64,000 nucleotides of DNA from Camelus dromedarius (lineage: Eukaryota): NCBI RefSeq assembly GCF_036321535.1, contig NC_087437.1:97218001-97282000 (forward strand). Direction: 5' to 3'. The notes beneath the pieces were generated by a model that was not told where the DNA came from, searched no databases, and saw only the letters and a list, made by a program, of their open reading frames with translations. Below are positions 51,171 through 64,000 of this stretch, piece after piece (within the stretch, counting starts at the first letter, position 1; each line of letters starts with the position of its first letter). The translations under genes and the position numbers were made by a program.

Positions 51171-53929
51171 GAAGATTTTTCCTATATAAAAGAAATTATT
51201 CTCTTTCATAATTTTCATTACATTTTTCAAAGCTTCTCTAAGACTATCACTTTACTAGAATGTGCAACAGTGATTGGTGCCATCGAAAATTCATCACCTT
51301 CAGAAGATTTTTTTTCAGTTGATACTAGAATGGTAAATAGGATTTAATATATTACTGGTTGTATATATAACTTCCCACAAACGAAGCAGTAATAAATAAT
51401 TGTAGCACTATAAAGAGCAACTGAGGATTGTAAGTCATCTTATAAATAGTAATGACTATCTTCACTATTAACATTTTAATAATAATTTATGAAAACATAA
51501 TGAAGTTCTAATCAATCAAAAATACACTATCAAAAGTGATTTGTTTCAGGACTTACTCCAGAAGAAGTAGAGGATACTGTTTCAAAACCCATAATGTCAT
51601 CCCCCAAATGTTCTTCATTTAGTAAAAAGTTATGTATCCAAGTTTTGGCAGTCTTCTTACTAACAGAACAAAGAAAACAAACAGCTGGAATTCAAAACAC
51701 TTAAAGACATATATGAACATATATGAACTGCTCAGTTTTTGTCAAGTATTTTAATGGTTTTCTATTCAAAAATTAGTTATCTTGTAAAAAGAAGCCTCTG
51801 AATTTTTGGTAATCACATGCCTTGAATTGAGAGTACGCTACTCATTATGATTTAAAATGCTTCGTCTATGTTGAGTTTTAAAACAACTAGAGAAACAGAT
51901 GTCAGACATCCAGTGTTGCTATTCTCAATCAGAGATCATTTTTAGTTTAACTGTTCCTCCTCTCCGACTGTAATAAATTTGCTTTCACATGCATTTCTGG
52001 TCACAGGAACTGCAACCCCTAAAAAATGTGAAGCAAGCTGAGATTTGCAAATGCCCCAGACGTTGTTAATGCAAGGGAAGTCTTTGTCTTGCCTAAAAGA
52101 AAGAACTTAGGTGTTAATTAGGAATGTGTTTAAAAAACTCTCTCAGTTTTAATTAAAAAAAAAAAGTTTCTTAGACGCATCCTTTCTGAAGTCATCAAAT
52201 AAATACAATGAGGTGCTCTTGTAGATCAGGTTTAAAAAGGTTACAGTGATTCAAAGACTATTCTCTTTGCGTTTTATTTCCACGTTTGAGGAATACATTT
52301 TCCGAATGAAAAGGAAAGGATAGCTTTCTTTATTCTCTATTGACACCCATTGGTATCTGCCTTAATTTTTACTTAGGTGAAGAACACGGGTCCAGTAAGT
52401 ATGAGAAATATTAGGGAAGGGAGCAGGTGTGGCTCAACATGCAATTTAGTTCATTAAATTCTGCGTGTAGAGTCAAGAAGACTTTGTGTAGATTTAATAC
52501 AACTTTTCTCCAATCTACATATGGAAGAAATGGGTTATAAATATGTAAATATTGCTTCTTTCAAGTTTCTCTTCATTCCTTATTAAAAGTATATTTACTA
52601 ACTCATGCTTAACACCTAAAACAGTTTTCTTGTAACTATACAAAATCATACTGTAGCATAAAACATGACTGAAGATTATTCCTCTCTCATTCCTCTTCAA
52701 GCGAGTTTAGTGACTGAGATGACTGAAAAGATCATATCAGGACAGTCCCGCCTGAAACATCTGCATGAAACAGGGATCCAAAGCAGTATTTCATCATACA
52801 CTTCCAGTGCATTTTCCATTTACCCTTGCTTGTACTTATGTGCATTTTTTAAATCCCTGAGCAATATGCAAGTTCCAACAACCAACCATATTGCTGACAG
52901 AGACTGTTAGAACTGTATTTCAAGACAGCAAGCTTTTGAATTAAAATATTGTTTAATATTTACCAAGTTGTTCTGCACCTTTCTTCTGCAACCTCTTGTC
53001 AAAAGCCACGTGTGTCTTGCTATTTTCAGAGTAAATTTGTAACAATGGAGTAATCTAATTGTTAGTTATTTGGTTATAGCCATCTGTGGCAGGCCAATTA
53101 GAGAGCAGCCTGGAATCAGCTGAAGTACTTGCGAGGCACAGTTTATTTATAACTTGATATTTATGGGGAATTCAGTAGTAAAACTCAGTCTCATAAAGGA
53201 CCGGAGTTGCTGTTTCTGCAATCCACAGTATACCGCACATAAAGGCCACTTCATCAATCATTCATGAATTCAAGAGAAAGACTCACGTTTTCAAGACGAT
53301 TTTTTTACATCATTTTAGCAAGGCAAGAGTCACAAGTAGTGTCCTGAAAAAAAACAGCTCAACTCATTTTCATGCAAATTTGGATAGGGGATTGAATATC
53401 AAACTGGAGGATCTTATGAGCAGATCTACATAACTATTCCAAGTATAAGAAAAATGTTTTCAAATTATTTTATCAAACATTTAGCCTAATCTGCAGCTAA
53501 GATTCTACCCCTCAATAAACCAAAAGAACACAGCCGATTGAGATCAAGCAAGAAGAGGAATGAGAGTAACGGAGGAATACCAGTACAAACAAGGAGATGC
53601 GTGCCTGGTAAGAGTAACGGCCACTTTATCAGTCTGTGGCGGTCACTTCTCTCAAGATGGAAGCCCAGCTATGGTTAATCCTGCAGACGCCGCCCAGGCT
53701 GTGAGTACAGTTTAAGAGGTACAGTTCGTAAGACTATTCCCCCTGAACTTGAGATCCCATATTCGCCTACAGGTATTGAGATACTTCCATTTACTAGGTA
53801 GGCAAATACAGTATATCCTTGCCAATGAGATGTTACACATTTTAAAAAGACATTCTTTGAACACTTTCTGTCTGGTTATTAATATGCTATTTTTGATAAA
53901 ATATAGATATGGCATGATAAAATTATCAA

Positions 53930-54135
53930 TAAAATTTATTGAACATCAGCTATATCCCAAGCACTTGGATCATATTTTCTGATGGAAACTTCACAATAAA
54001 TTACTGGGATTGTTAATAGCATCCCTCTTTTAAAACTCACAAAACTGAAGGCCTTATAGGTTAAGTAATTTATTCAAAATCACATGGCTAATAGTAAGTA
54101 TAAGGGGAATTTAAACCCAGATCAGCTCTTCCTAC
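53930..54135 (-). mobile_element. MIR SINE
   Basis: TTTATTGAACATC...CATCCCTCTTTTA...AAACTGAAGGCC...GGTTAAGTAATTTATTCAAAATCACATGGCTAATAG...GAATTTAAACCCAG. Confidence 0.7.
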
Positions 54136-54329
54136 AATATGGGTATAAAAAAATAATACATTCATTTCCATACTTGTATAGGAGGTGATTGACAGATTTG
54201 TGTAAGAACATAGCAAACAATAAGGACATAATACAGAAACATAAGCCTTGTGAAATATTGATGTTCTCAGTTTACACACCAAATAAGCAGAAGGTTATAT
54301 TGGAGAGCCAGATAATGGCGACAATTCCT

Positions 54330-54525
54330 AAATGTACCATATTGGAGAAGATGCCTTCTAATCATCAGAATCCCTGCAGAGGTAGAGAAAGCACTTAAAA
54401 AAGGAAAAAAAGACTGTAATTCTGTAGCTGCATTCCAAGTACAGTGAATCAAAATACCCCGAGAAGAAGCCCCCACATTTTTAAGTTTGTCAGTAGATTC
54501 TGATGTTCAATCAAATTAGGGACCA
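54330..54525. mobile_element. MER5-like remnant
   Basis: CATCAGAATCCCTGCAG...TGAATCAAAATACCC...CATTTTTAAG...AGATTCTGATG...GGGACCA. Confidence 0.45.
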
Positions 54526-54732
54526 AAAATATGAAAGGTCTACTAGTTTCCCTAATTCTTGTATTCTGTGAGACTATTAGATGAATCTCTAAACTTTGGT
54601 AAAATTAAGAAACAGGAAAAGAAAATAACTCTATCTGTGAATTATCTTTCAGGAAGGTATTGTGCAAAGGTTAAAAATATAGGCAATCATTGTTTATCTA
54701 CACCATAAAAAGCCCAAATCCAGGGCTTCTGC

Positions 54733-54739
54733 TATATAT

Positions 54740-54770
<31 letters not shown>
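54733..54770. repeat. (TA)n microsatellite with one AA interruption
   Basis: Directly visible. Confidence 0.95.
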
Positions 54771-55914
54771 CTTTTTAATATGACTCTCCTTTTTTTCTCA
54801 GATGACTTAGAGATAAATCTCACAGCTACTATCCAGCTACATATGATATTGGTACAATTATATTAACTTTCTATGCCTCAATTTCTTGACCTATAATGGA
54901 GTGCTCACATCATATATATCATTATTTTATTGTGAGGACTAAGGGAAAATTCTTGTGAACATGCTTGGTAAAATTGAAAGGCCCATGCAATCACAAGTTG
55001 TTATGACTATCTATTCATAATAAAATACTGAAGTTAAAAAATATACCAACTTCATTCATATTTCCTAGGTACATCCTCATGTGCCCCAATCATCCCTTCC
55101 TAGGATTCTTTTAGGACAAGACTCAGATAAGAATACAGGCTTCTTTTGATAACAAAGATGAGTTTGTTTCCATGAGTGAATTTCTATAAAACTAAACAGA
55201 AAAAAGAGATGAAGAATATTGTCTCATCAGTGTTCTTACTTGCTCCAGTTGATCTTGTCTGATTTCTCTTTGGCTTTGGACAGTAAGAAATTATTTTCAA
55301 TACTTTTTATATTTAAGCCTATTTTAAATATGTCATAAAAATATAAGCCTCCATTAAAATAATTAATACTTTAAGACTTCTATGGTATCTATCAACGTCC
55401 AAATCATTAATGATAATACTAAATATCAGGTTTTAATATTGGTGCTTATATTGAACATTATTGAAGAGCACGAGAAAGTCCCTTTGAATTCACAGAGTTA
55501 GTTGAAACTCAGCAATGCTGGTACAAGTCTTGTTATAAAATACCACATAGTTTATACTGGGAATAGAATAGTCTTTCTCAACCAGAGAAAACGTCAGTTA
55601 CAACTGGAGACAGATTTCAAAGTTCAAAGCCTGGGTCCTCGCTAAGGAGGATGTGATATTCTCTTTGTGTCGAAAAGATGAAGAAAAGGAAAAGGGGGCA
55701 TATTGATTGTGGGAAACAGATATAAACAATCCAGAATGAAAGTGACACAAAGCAAATCAATTATTTTCTGGTGTGACTGGCAAATAAAATCCTAAGAAGA
55801 AAAGTTTAAATCCTAAATTTACTCCTGGATGTATCACTAATTGTAACATTTTTATGGCACTCTCACTGTTATTGGGGCGTACAAGGCTTTATTAAAAGTT
55901 TTCCATGTTCTCTC

Positions 55915-56324
55915 ATGTTTCCGCAGATTTATGAGGAGAGGCCCTGATGGTGTTTCAGAGTATCTTTTCAGAATGTTTGTATAGTGAACTGCCTTGGAAG
56001 CCAGAAATATAATCTCTCCCTTTGGAGCAATGGGCAGACATACTTATTGTCCATTATGAGCACAGAATTTCTCTTCTGTAGAGCAATCCATCAAATGTGC
56101 AGGTGTCCCCTGAATTTCTCCATGTTGTCCAGTGGAAACTGGGGCCCAGGAAAACTGACATGAGAAAAATGATGATGTCCTTGCTACTACTATTGCTGTG
56201 GGTGAAGAAACATCCTTTGTGTCTGACCCAGGAGTCTCATGCCTCCTGCCATTTAACTGCTGCAAAGCTAACTTGTTGTCCGCAAGTAGAATAAAATTCT
56301 AGAACATTGCCAATTCTTGAAACA
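55915..56324 (+). mobile_element. Old ERVL-type LTR (MER54/MER74/LTR53-like group; family uncertain)
   Basis: TCCTTTGTGTCTGACCCAGGAGTCTCATGCCTCCTGCC...GCTAACTTGTTG...GCAAGTAGAATAAAATT...TTCTTGAAACA; homologous to the element at 63.3-63.8 kb. Confidence 0.65.
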
Positions 56325-56404
56325 TTTTCTGGATAAATGGATCTTAATGTCTTAAGCACACTTAAATAAATTTGAAGCTCATGCTTCTAAAGTAATGCTT
56401 CCTA

Positions 56405-56620
56405 AGTTTAAATTCAGGCTTTGTCAACAGTCAGCTGTACGATCTTGGAAATGTCATATAATCTCTCCAGGACTGTTTCATCATCTACAAAATAAGGGTA
56501 ATAATATTTTTCCTCTTTTTTAGGATTATTCTGATGAGTTAAATTAATATATGTAAATTACTTAGTGTCTCACATTTAATAGATGTTTAATTAATGCTGA
56601 GTATTATTACTTATTATTTT
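56405..56620 (+). mobile_element. MIR SINE
   Basis: GTTTAAATTCAGGCTTTGTC...AGCTGTACGATCTTGGAAATGTCA...TGTTTCATCATCTACAAAATAAGGGTAATAATA. Confidence 0.75.
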
Positions 56621-58339
56621 TATAAAATTTGGGAGGGTAGAAATATGAAAAAGCTGTCCCTAATTTCACCATCAACTGTACATGTTGTTATCATGTTGAT
56701 GCTCTTTTTGTTGTGTTTTGATATTTATTTCCATAATTATCAGCATATCTAGATCTACTCTTTGAAGAAAATCTTTTAAAATATATATTACATAGGTTTC
56801 ATTTAGGCGCTTTTGGCTGCAAAAAATAGAAACTCCTGCACAGTTTAAATCCTGGCTCTCTGCCTCCTACAAATAGAACAAAGATCTTGGGCAATAAGAT
56901 CATCAGAGGGATACAGAGGATCTAGAAATTTGGAGAAAGAGGTCATGTGTACCTGGTTTATTGAAGAATTTCAACCCTGAAATATAAACACAAAGCTGCA
57001 ATATAGCTGCTTTTAATCATGTTATAACAAATTCTCCTTTTCATTCTTTGTGACATTTCACCAGATTCCGTAAGTTTTTGTACACTTTAAATAAATAACA
57101 TTGCCCAATAATATTGCTGATTCAAAGTCTTCACTATCCATGCTTCATAGCAATTTGTATTTGTAGTTAGATGGAGATGGATGAAGAGAGGAACAGTTGA
57201 GCTGTCCCACACTTTCTCTGTGAACAAATTCCTCCAGTGAGAAAGCGGGGAGGAGGAATGAAGAGGCAGGTGTAGTATACAACCATTTGCATGTTGATGT
57301 GACCCTGCTCCTTAATTTAGTCTAGTTTACCCTGGTACTAACAGGCTCACCATAGGTTGTGGGCACAGTATTCTTGGGGGTAATCTTAAGCTTTAATCTT
57401 GCTTTTCCTGAGGCCACGAAACCCTCTTACAGAGAAAGACACTAATTTTCCTTTATTTTTTCCGTTCATAGAAGGCCTTCAATTCTTCTTTCTGTATAAT
57501 GGTGAGGTCTTGCCAATTTCTGCATCTTAACCTATATACTTGAGATGTTAACTCAGATGTCAAATTTTCCCTATGTAAGTCAAAATCTAAGAGCAATTTT
57601 CCAAGGGCAGCTCCTCCTGGCCCTGCTTGCCAAGTTGACCAGAGCACTTCTATGCAGGACGACAGACTCTCTCCTAATTATTGTCCTCTTGACAAGGCAC
57701 ACTTAATTTTCTCTCTTCCCCAGTCTTCTTAAATAAACTGATATTGACTGTGTAGGGTACTATGGAGTGATGGAGTGATGGTGAATAGTGGCTGGGCAGA
57801 TTCTGCAAGTGTCTGAAGTCTCAAGGGTGTCAGTTTGTAGCATGTGAGTAGTTAATTGCTTTTCAGCTTTAGCTATCTTCATCTGTTATTCTTGAACAGT
57901 TAGACAAGTCCAACTCAACATCCTCATACAACTGTGTCTGATTGGAGATATAATAAACACTATTTTAAGTGTTAGATTATTTAATATATAGTGTGAATTT
58001 GGGGCCTACTTATGGAAAGACATAAATCCACAAAATACTATAAAATAATTTCCTAATATTGACAACTTTCTAGACTTTTCCTATACTCAATGACCTATTT
58101 TTTATGGTCCTTTCCTACTTGGTCCCATTCCATATGCCCACAACAGGGTGGTGCATGACCCATACATTTGTTTATCTTGTTTGCTTATTGATTGCTGTTA
58201 TTTTATTTTTTAAATGTTTAATGGCAATAATAGCACATTTATTAAGAATTTGCTATGTCTCAAGAGCTATGATAAGCATTTTTAATCCATATCTTATTTA
58301 GTCTTCATGCTAATCCCAGACACTATTTTTTCATTATAT

Positions 58340-58490
58340 CCAGCTTTAAGATATAACATTGTTTAAGCTTAAAGTGCATAACATGATGATTTGATATATC
58401 TATGCATTATGAAATGATTACCATAAAAATCATTAGTTGATACATCCATCACCTCACATAGTTACCATTTTTCTCTTGTTGTTGATGACA
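58340..58490 (-). mobile_element. L1 (L1MA-type) 3' terminal fragment
   Basis: TTAAAGTGCATAACATGATGATTTGATAT...GAAATGATTACCA...CATCCATCACCTCACATAGTTACC. Confidence 0.8.
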
Positions 58491-60974
58491 GTTGTTATTT
58501 TAAATCCACAGCTCTTTGAAAGTCATAAACTGGCCTTTGGTAAAATAAGTAGAACAAAATCATACTGAATACTTCAGTTTAGAACAGCAGCTTTGACTGT
58601 AACAGGCAAATTTCAAGGGCACAATTCCTTTGTTCTGAATCATTGAATCACATTTACAAACCAGTTTTAAATCTGTAGCTTTTAAATCTAATTTCCCATA
58701 ATTAAAAAGTAGAAATACCCACTTCTACATATATACTAATGACATAACATAAAATTTCAGCAAAATCCTTCTAAACACTTCAGACCTAACATAAATAGAG
58801 TAAATAATCCTTTTCCATGAAGTAAAAATGTTATCACAATTTTTTGACTGTTCATTCTTCGGTACCTAATGCTGCATTAACCAATAAATCCTGAGGTCAA
58901 AGAAGAAGAAGCTATACCTTAGAGTTTAGAAACACAGAAGGTGACATGAAGGTGAGCACAGGGTAAAAATGTATATCAGAATATGAATTGGTACTTGGAC
59001 GGTCTGTCTTCCCAGTATTTTCCTGAAAACAAATCTGATTCCCAGCAAGGACTGCTAATCAAAAAAAGACATAAACCATTTTTAAAAATTTTGTCTGAAT
59101 GGCATTTCTCCATAGGTGTTCAGCCACAAAAGTCTATGAACCTTGGGTTCCAGTGGAGCCATAGCCTTCTTCAAGCTGTGCTTGTGTGTATCAGGCTGCA
59201 TCATCCTCACATTAGGGAGTATATCATTATGCTTTTATTCCCAATTGATGCAAAGTGGCCCTGTTGTAACAGGAGGCCTCACAGGGAGTTTACAGAGTAA
59301 TTTCTTTTACTTTCATGTTGTCACTCTGTGACTATATCAGGCAAATTCTTTCCTTTCTGATTGGTGAAGAGATGGGCGAAAGCTCACATTTCTTAGATCC
59401 CTTAGTGTAAAATGTGAGGTAAATTCTCATAATATGATAGACTTGGAAAAGTTATCTGCAAACCTCAGTGGAGAAAACATGATGAATGAGTGTCTGTGAA
59501 ACATGAAATGGTTCCTAGTCATCTGGTAGCTCTGGACAACAAAATATGCCATTTTGACAGACACTGTCCACATTTCTAACTGCTGTATTATGCAACTGTC
59601 GGCTGCATGTCACTAGACATGATTTTGAAGGCCAAAATGGTAATATTTTATGGAACCAAAAACAGAATGTAATTTAAAAGTCAGTAACCCCCACCCGAAC
59701 AAAGTCTTGACCTCAGTTTCCAAAAGTAAATAGAAGGGACACCTTAGACTTACCTCCAATGAGCCCTTGTAAGCATTATCGCTGATAATTATTTGTTGTT
59801 TCAAATATTTGTAAAAATCTTTTTAGTGGACTATAAAAGATTGTCAGTGTTAGTAACTTGGGAGAACTAACGATCTTTCTTAAGGAAAAAATAGGGAAAC
59901 AAAGAAAGCGTCTTTTAGAGGTCCCAAGAGGGAAGCTTCCAGAAGGACAAGGCTGATCTTTAGTTTCTCCTTTTATATGATCAAAGCCTGAGCTAATTGG
60001 CCTGTAAGGACAAAGTCTGATCCATTTAGGACCCCCACAGAGCTGCCTAATAGAGGAGGGTGGGTAGATGAAAGACAAACTGAGATCCCTTGGGAACAGA
60101 GTAACTGTCTAAAAGGAGCACTTCTACATTTCAAATAATAAAATACCTGACAATGCAGTCTTGAAGACAGGCATACTTTGAAGCAAAAATGTTAAAGCAA
60201 ATAAAATTGAACACAAAGAGGTACAGAAAAAAAAAAAACTGTATTAAAGGAAATTTCATAAATAAAACTTTCAGCAATTAAATAATTTAAATTGAAGTAA
60301 GAAAAGGAGACATACTGAAAAAACTTGGGTTTTTGCTCTAACACGGCCAATTCATTCCCTGTGATGTTCTTTTAGGTGCCAGGAATTATTTTTTGGTGTC
60401 AACCTCAGGGCAATTTTTTCAGTCTCTGAAAGCTCCTTTTTTTCTTACAAAAACTAGGAAGGCTTAAATTTATGTTATTCTTCAGCTATATTTTGGGGTA
60501 AAAGATTTTGGAATTCATCTGAGCACATCTAGGGAACCCAACGCAAATTTTAACACCTACGGTAGTTTGGCTGCAATTCAACCAGGACTTAATTTTATGG
60601 GAAATATTTCCTCTGTGCTGAGAAATAATCCTCTGCCCATCCTTGATACACACTCACAAACTTACACACACACTTTACACTCACACTCACACATTCTGGT
60701 TGTACAGAACGTGAAGAAAAACAAACATGCTCTAGAAAGAACTGCCTTCCCTGGGGTTCACGCAGGCCTGTCCCAAGCCTTGGCTCTCCTGAGATTCACA
60801 GGAGAGTTTTGTTTCTGCTTGAGTTTCTGTCTTGGCCTCATTCACATAGACATTTCCTCCCCACTCACCTCCTTGTATCTTAAATTATTTTCTCTTTTTG
60901 TCTTTAAAGCCTTGCTCACTGTCTCTGATTTCTGCTTTATTCAAAATTTGGACCCTTATCATAAAAGATAAGGG

Positions 60975-61780
60975 AGCTTGGGAGTTAAGAACATGCAGGC
61001 TTCACAGTTATACAGATACCGGTTGAAATCCAACTCTAGAAAAACTGAGCAGTAATTATCAAATTATTTAACTTCACAAATTATCAATTTAATATATAAG
61101 CATATATATGAATATGAATGTATATATGAGTATATATTTGTATGAATAGCTACCACATTAGGATTAAAGCACTAAGAATAATAATGTGTATTAAACTCCC
61201 CACATAAAATCTAAAATATAAGCAAACCATAAACAGTCACTGTTATTAACACATCTAGCCGTCACCCAAATCACTGACTTTAATATTTCTCTCAACCCAT
61301 TTTTAACTGCCCAATGGACACTTTAACTCAGACTGAAACATCATTTCTTAAACAACATTCACTCCCTCCTTTCCTGGTTTCAGGCTGAAACCCTGAAAGC
61401 ATCTTTTCCTCTTCCTTTCATTCTTCACTCCTATTTAATCAGTGGCCAAGCCATAGTGCATTTACTGAAATAGGTCCACATTTCACACAGACTACTGTAA
61501 GTGCCTCCAACCTGAACTTCAGATATTTGGAAGTACTTTTAACCTCTGAAAGTACAGCTCAGAGAATATTACTACCTTGGTTGAAAAGTTCTGATGACCA
61601 CAATGACTACCAACTTGGCACAGGGTAGCAGTTCATCTATGTCTTTAAGGTCATCATGAAATCTTCCTTTATACTCTAAGCAACAGAATCACTTCCTCAC
61701 TTAAAAAAATTCATTCGTATCACACCTTCATTTGTTATATGACTTGTTTACTTGTGAACGTAAATATTTGTTGAATCAAA
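60975..61780 (+). mobile_element. MIR (about 60975-61250) followed by L2 fragments (about 61260-61780)
   Basis: GTTAAGAACATGCAGGC...GGTTGAAATCCAACTCT (MIR head); CAGGCTGAAACCCTGAAAGCATC...AATCAGTGGCCAAG...TAAATATTTGTTGAAT (L2). Confidence 0.55.
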
Positions 61781-63339
61781 TTCCATTGTAAAGAGCTGAA
61801 TTCTGAACACTCCCGGATGCAAAAGATAATCTAGAATTTCAGCCTATCCATTTTTAAAAGGTTCTTTTCTTATAGTTGTTTTAAGTCAAACAAATCAATT
61901 ATCTTCCAAGATAATTATCTTAAAAGCTTAAGTAGGAGAATGCTTTTAAAAATTCTTAACAATTAACTCACATATATAGCTAAAATGAATAGAATTAACT
62001 GATACATTCTTATACAAAAGTAAAAGGATAGCTGGAAAAGGATGGGAAATAAAAATTCCAATCCTGAAAACAGATTTAAGGTATCTTGAAATGCCACGAA
62101 GTAAAAATTCAAATTTGCTCAGGTTTAAGCCGCCTTTGGGCACAGTGAACTCCTAATAGAAGTTATGAATTAGATTTTGCATTCTTATTTTCCTAAAGTG
62201 AATGGCACAAAATTACACCTTCCTTAAATATTTCTAGATGTCTCAAGGGCTTTCTCATTTGTGCTTACAACAAAATTCTATTTCCAAAGATTCTCTACTG
62301 CCTGCCTGGGCACAGCAGTTTTCTTAAGGTTTCATTCTACTTCTAAAGGCCCTTGAGGTCTCACCACATCAATATTACATGATTCCATGATTTCCTGATC
62401 TATGTCTTGCTTTGCCACTTAAACAGCTCTTCAACAATAAGCATGCCAATGTTTTCCAAAGAATTTAGAGGGAGTAGGCAGGGGTCACAATGCCTAGCTT
62501 TCTGAAGCATCTTTCCTTCCCTTTGATTTTGAGGTTCTATTCTGCAAGTTCTCACTTGCAAAGCTTTATTTTAGAAGTTCTCCATCCCCCATGCAAATCA
62601 GCTTATGCATATAGACATCTGCATGCTGCCAGTCACTCATTTATCAGATAAATACTGAATTCCACTTTGCACTCAGCTGGGAATATCCTGCTACAGATGA
62701 AGGCATCCAGCATTTTTATCACTTCAAGCCAAGAAAAATGAAAGAATTATGCTTACAACATGTCATATATGTTGTTTTCATTTTGCTTCTTCTTGGATAG
62801 TGAGCACCAATATAGATCCTTTGGTGTGTGAGAGTTTTATTGAATCAGTAGACCAGGCTACAAGTAGTGATTTGCAACCTTAGCTGAACTCCAGCTTGAA
62901 CAAGTCTGCAGGTCGGAATTCTAAACTAGAGAAGAGTTTCCGGTAATGGATTACAAATTACATTCTCCGAGAAAGACTTGTATGTGCTTATCTGTGGGAC
63001 ACTTGGATACCATTCAATAAAATTTGCATCACAACTATGGCTGTTTACAAGGCAAACAACCCAATAACATGTTAAAACTATGCAAATCAATTTTAATGAA
63101 ATTTAATCATTCTGCACTGACATAAAGTTGGCCTGGCAAACAACTGTGTCAATACTAGAAATCCTGATTTCTGTTTTCTCTCATAAACAGCAAGTATAGA
63201 TTTTCATTAATCTACCCATACCTTCTATTAAACGTGCTTCCAACACAGACTTGTATATTGCTAGACAAATTTTAAAAATATAGCAATCCAATGATAATAA
63301 TGGAGAAAAGTTCTCTATGGGTCTCTGGCTATTTTATCT

Positions 63340-64000
63340 GTCTTAACCAGTGTGGCACTGACTGCCCATCATTCTAGACTACATTCACGAGGATGTTTAT
63401 AGAGCAAACAGCCGTAGAATACAGAGACAGTATTTCCCTTCAGTGCAAAGGGTATGTTGGGTTTCTGCCTGTTTCTTTCCAAACCTAAGAGCAGGCATGC
63501 TTACATATAGAAGTCTCAGTTTCCCTGAGCTCACAGTTCTTCTGAAATGCCACCCACTTTATGTGCAATCATTCATCAGGGACCATCTGTATTGCTCCTA
63601 TAGGACTTAGGTTCAAGGGGAATTCATGCAAGCATACACATTTTCATGATGCACACTGTGCAGTGAGTAACAGTGTTCTTTGTCTCTGACCCGAGAGTCA
63701 TGAGTCTTCTGCCAGGATCCATTAAACTATAAACAGGCTTACTTGACAGTTTGCAAGATGGGTAAAACCTAAGACACGTCACAGTCCGTGGTGGTTTTGG
63801 GGGCTGGGACAATGATGCTAACAGAGACAGCCTGAAAAAAACCTCATAGGCTGAATAGCAAGACTTGAAGGAAACCCATGGGGATCAATAGTGAATATGT
63901 GTTTACATTAACTAAACAAGGGGGCCGCTAGACTATGGTGGCTCTGATGCCATCCATGGTGGTCTTTGTAAGCAAACCAAAACCTAAGCCTGTAAAGTTC
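63340..64000 (+). mobile_element. Old ERVL-type LTR (to about 63790), possibly followed by internal sequence running off the window
   Basis: GTGAGTAACAGTGTTCTTTGTCTCTGACCCGAGAGTCATGAGTCTTCTGCCAGGATCCATTAAACT...GCAAGATGGGTAAAACCT; same family as 55915-56324. The internal assignment is a guess. Confidence 0.6.

Noticed and set aside
55915..63790. Full provirus bounded by two related same-orientation LTRs about 7.4 kb apart
   Set aside because: The two LTRs are highly diverged with large indels, and the intervening DNA holds MIR, L2 and L1 fragments with no gag/pol remnants. Two independent insertions are more likely.
1..64000. Protein-coding genes among the listed ORFs (60-134 aa)
   Set aside because: All are short, many start at TTG/GTG, they have low-complexity composition typical of AT-rich non-coding DNA, and many overlap repeats. 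None resembles a protein I recognise except decayed L1 ORF2. Small spliced exons cannot be fully excluded without alignment.

Overview
AT-rich, CpG-depleted eukaryotic DNA that looks like a mammalian intergenic region or large intron. A tRNA-derived SINE at 27707-27842 resembles the camelid Vic-1 family, and an L1 3' end is of the cetartiodactyl type, so the source is probably a camelid (alpaca, llama or camel; inferred). I cannot support any host protein-coding gene, rRNA, real tRNA or CRISPR array. The ORF track is short chance ORFs; the only recognisable peptides are decayed LINE-1 ORF2 pieces. Interspersed repeats dominate: L2, MIR, old and younger L1, MER5/MER20/Tigger1 DNA transposons, MLT1 and ERVL-type LTRs, and four ERV1-like solo LTRs clustered at 7.9-14.4 kb. 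There are also microsatellites and several short tandem duplications. I see no convincing new biological system. The best observation is an apparent L1 3' transduction at 32499-33567. Others are the solo-LTR cluster with retained promoter and STAT motifs, and several repeat-free, motif-dense or CpG-retaining patches that may be enhancers. Repeat family names come from recalled consensus sequences, not database searches, and boundaries of old repeats are approximate.
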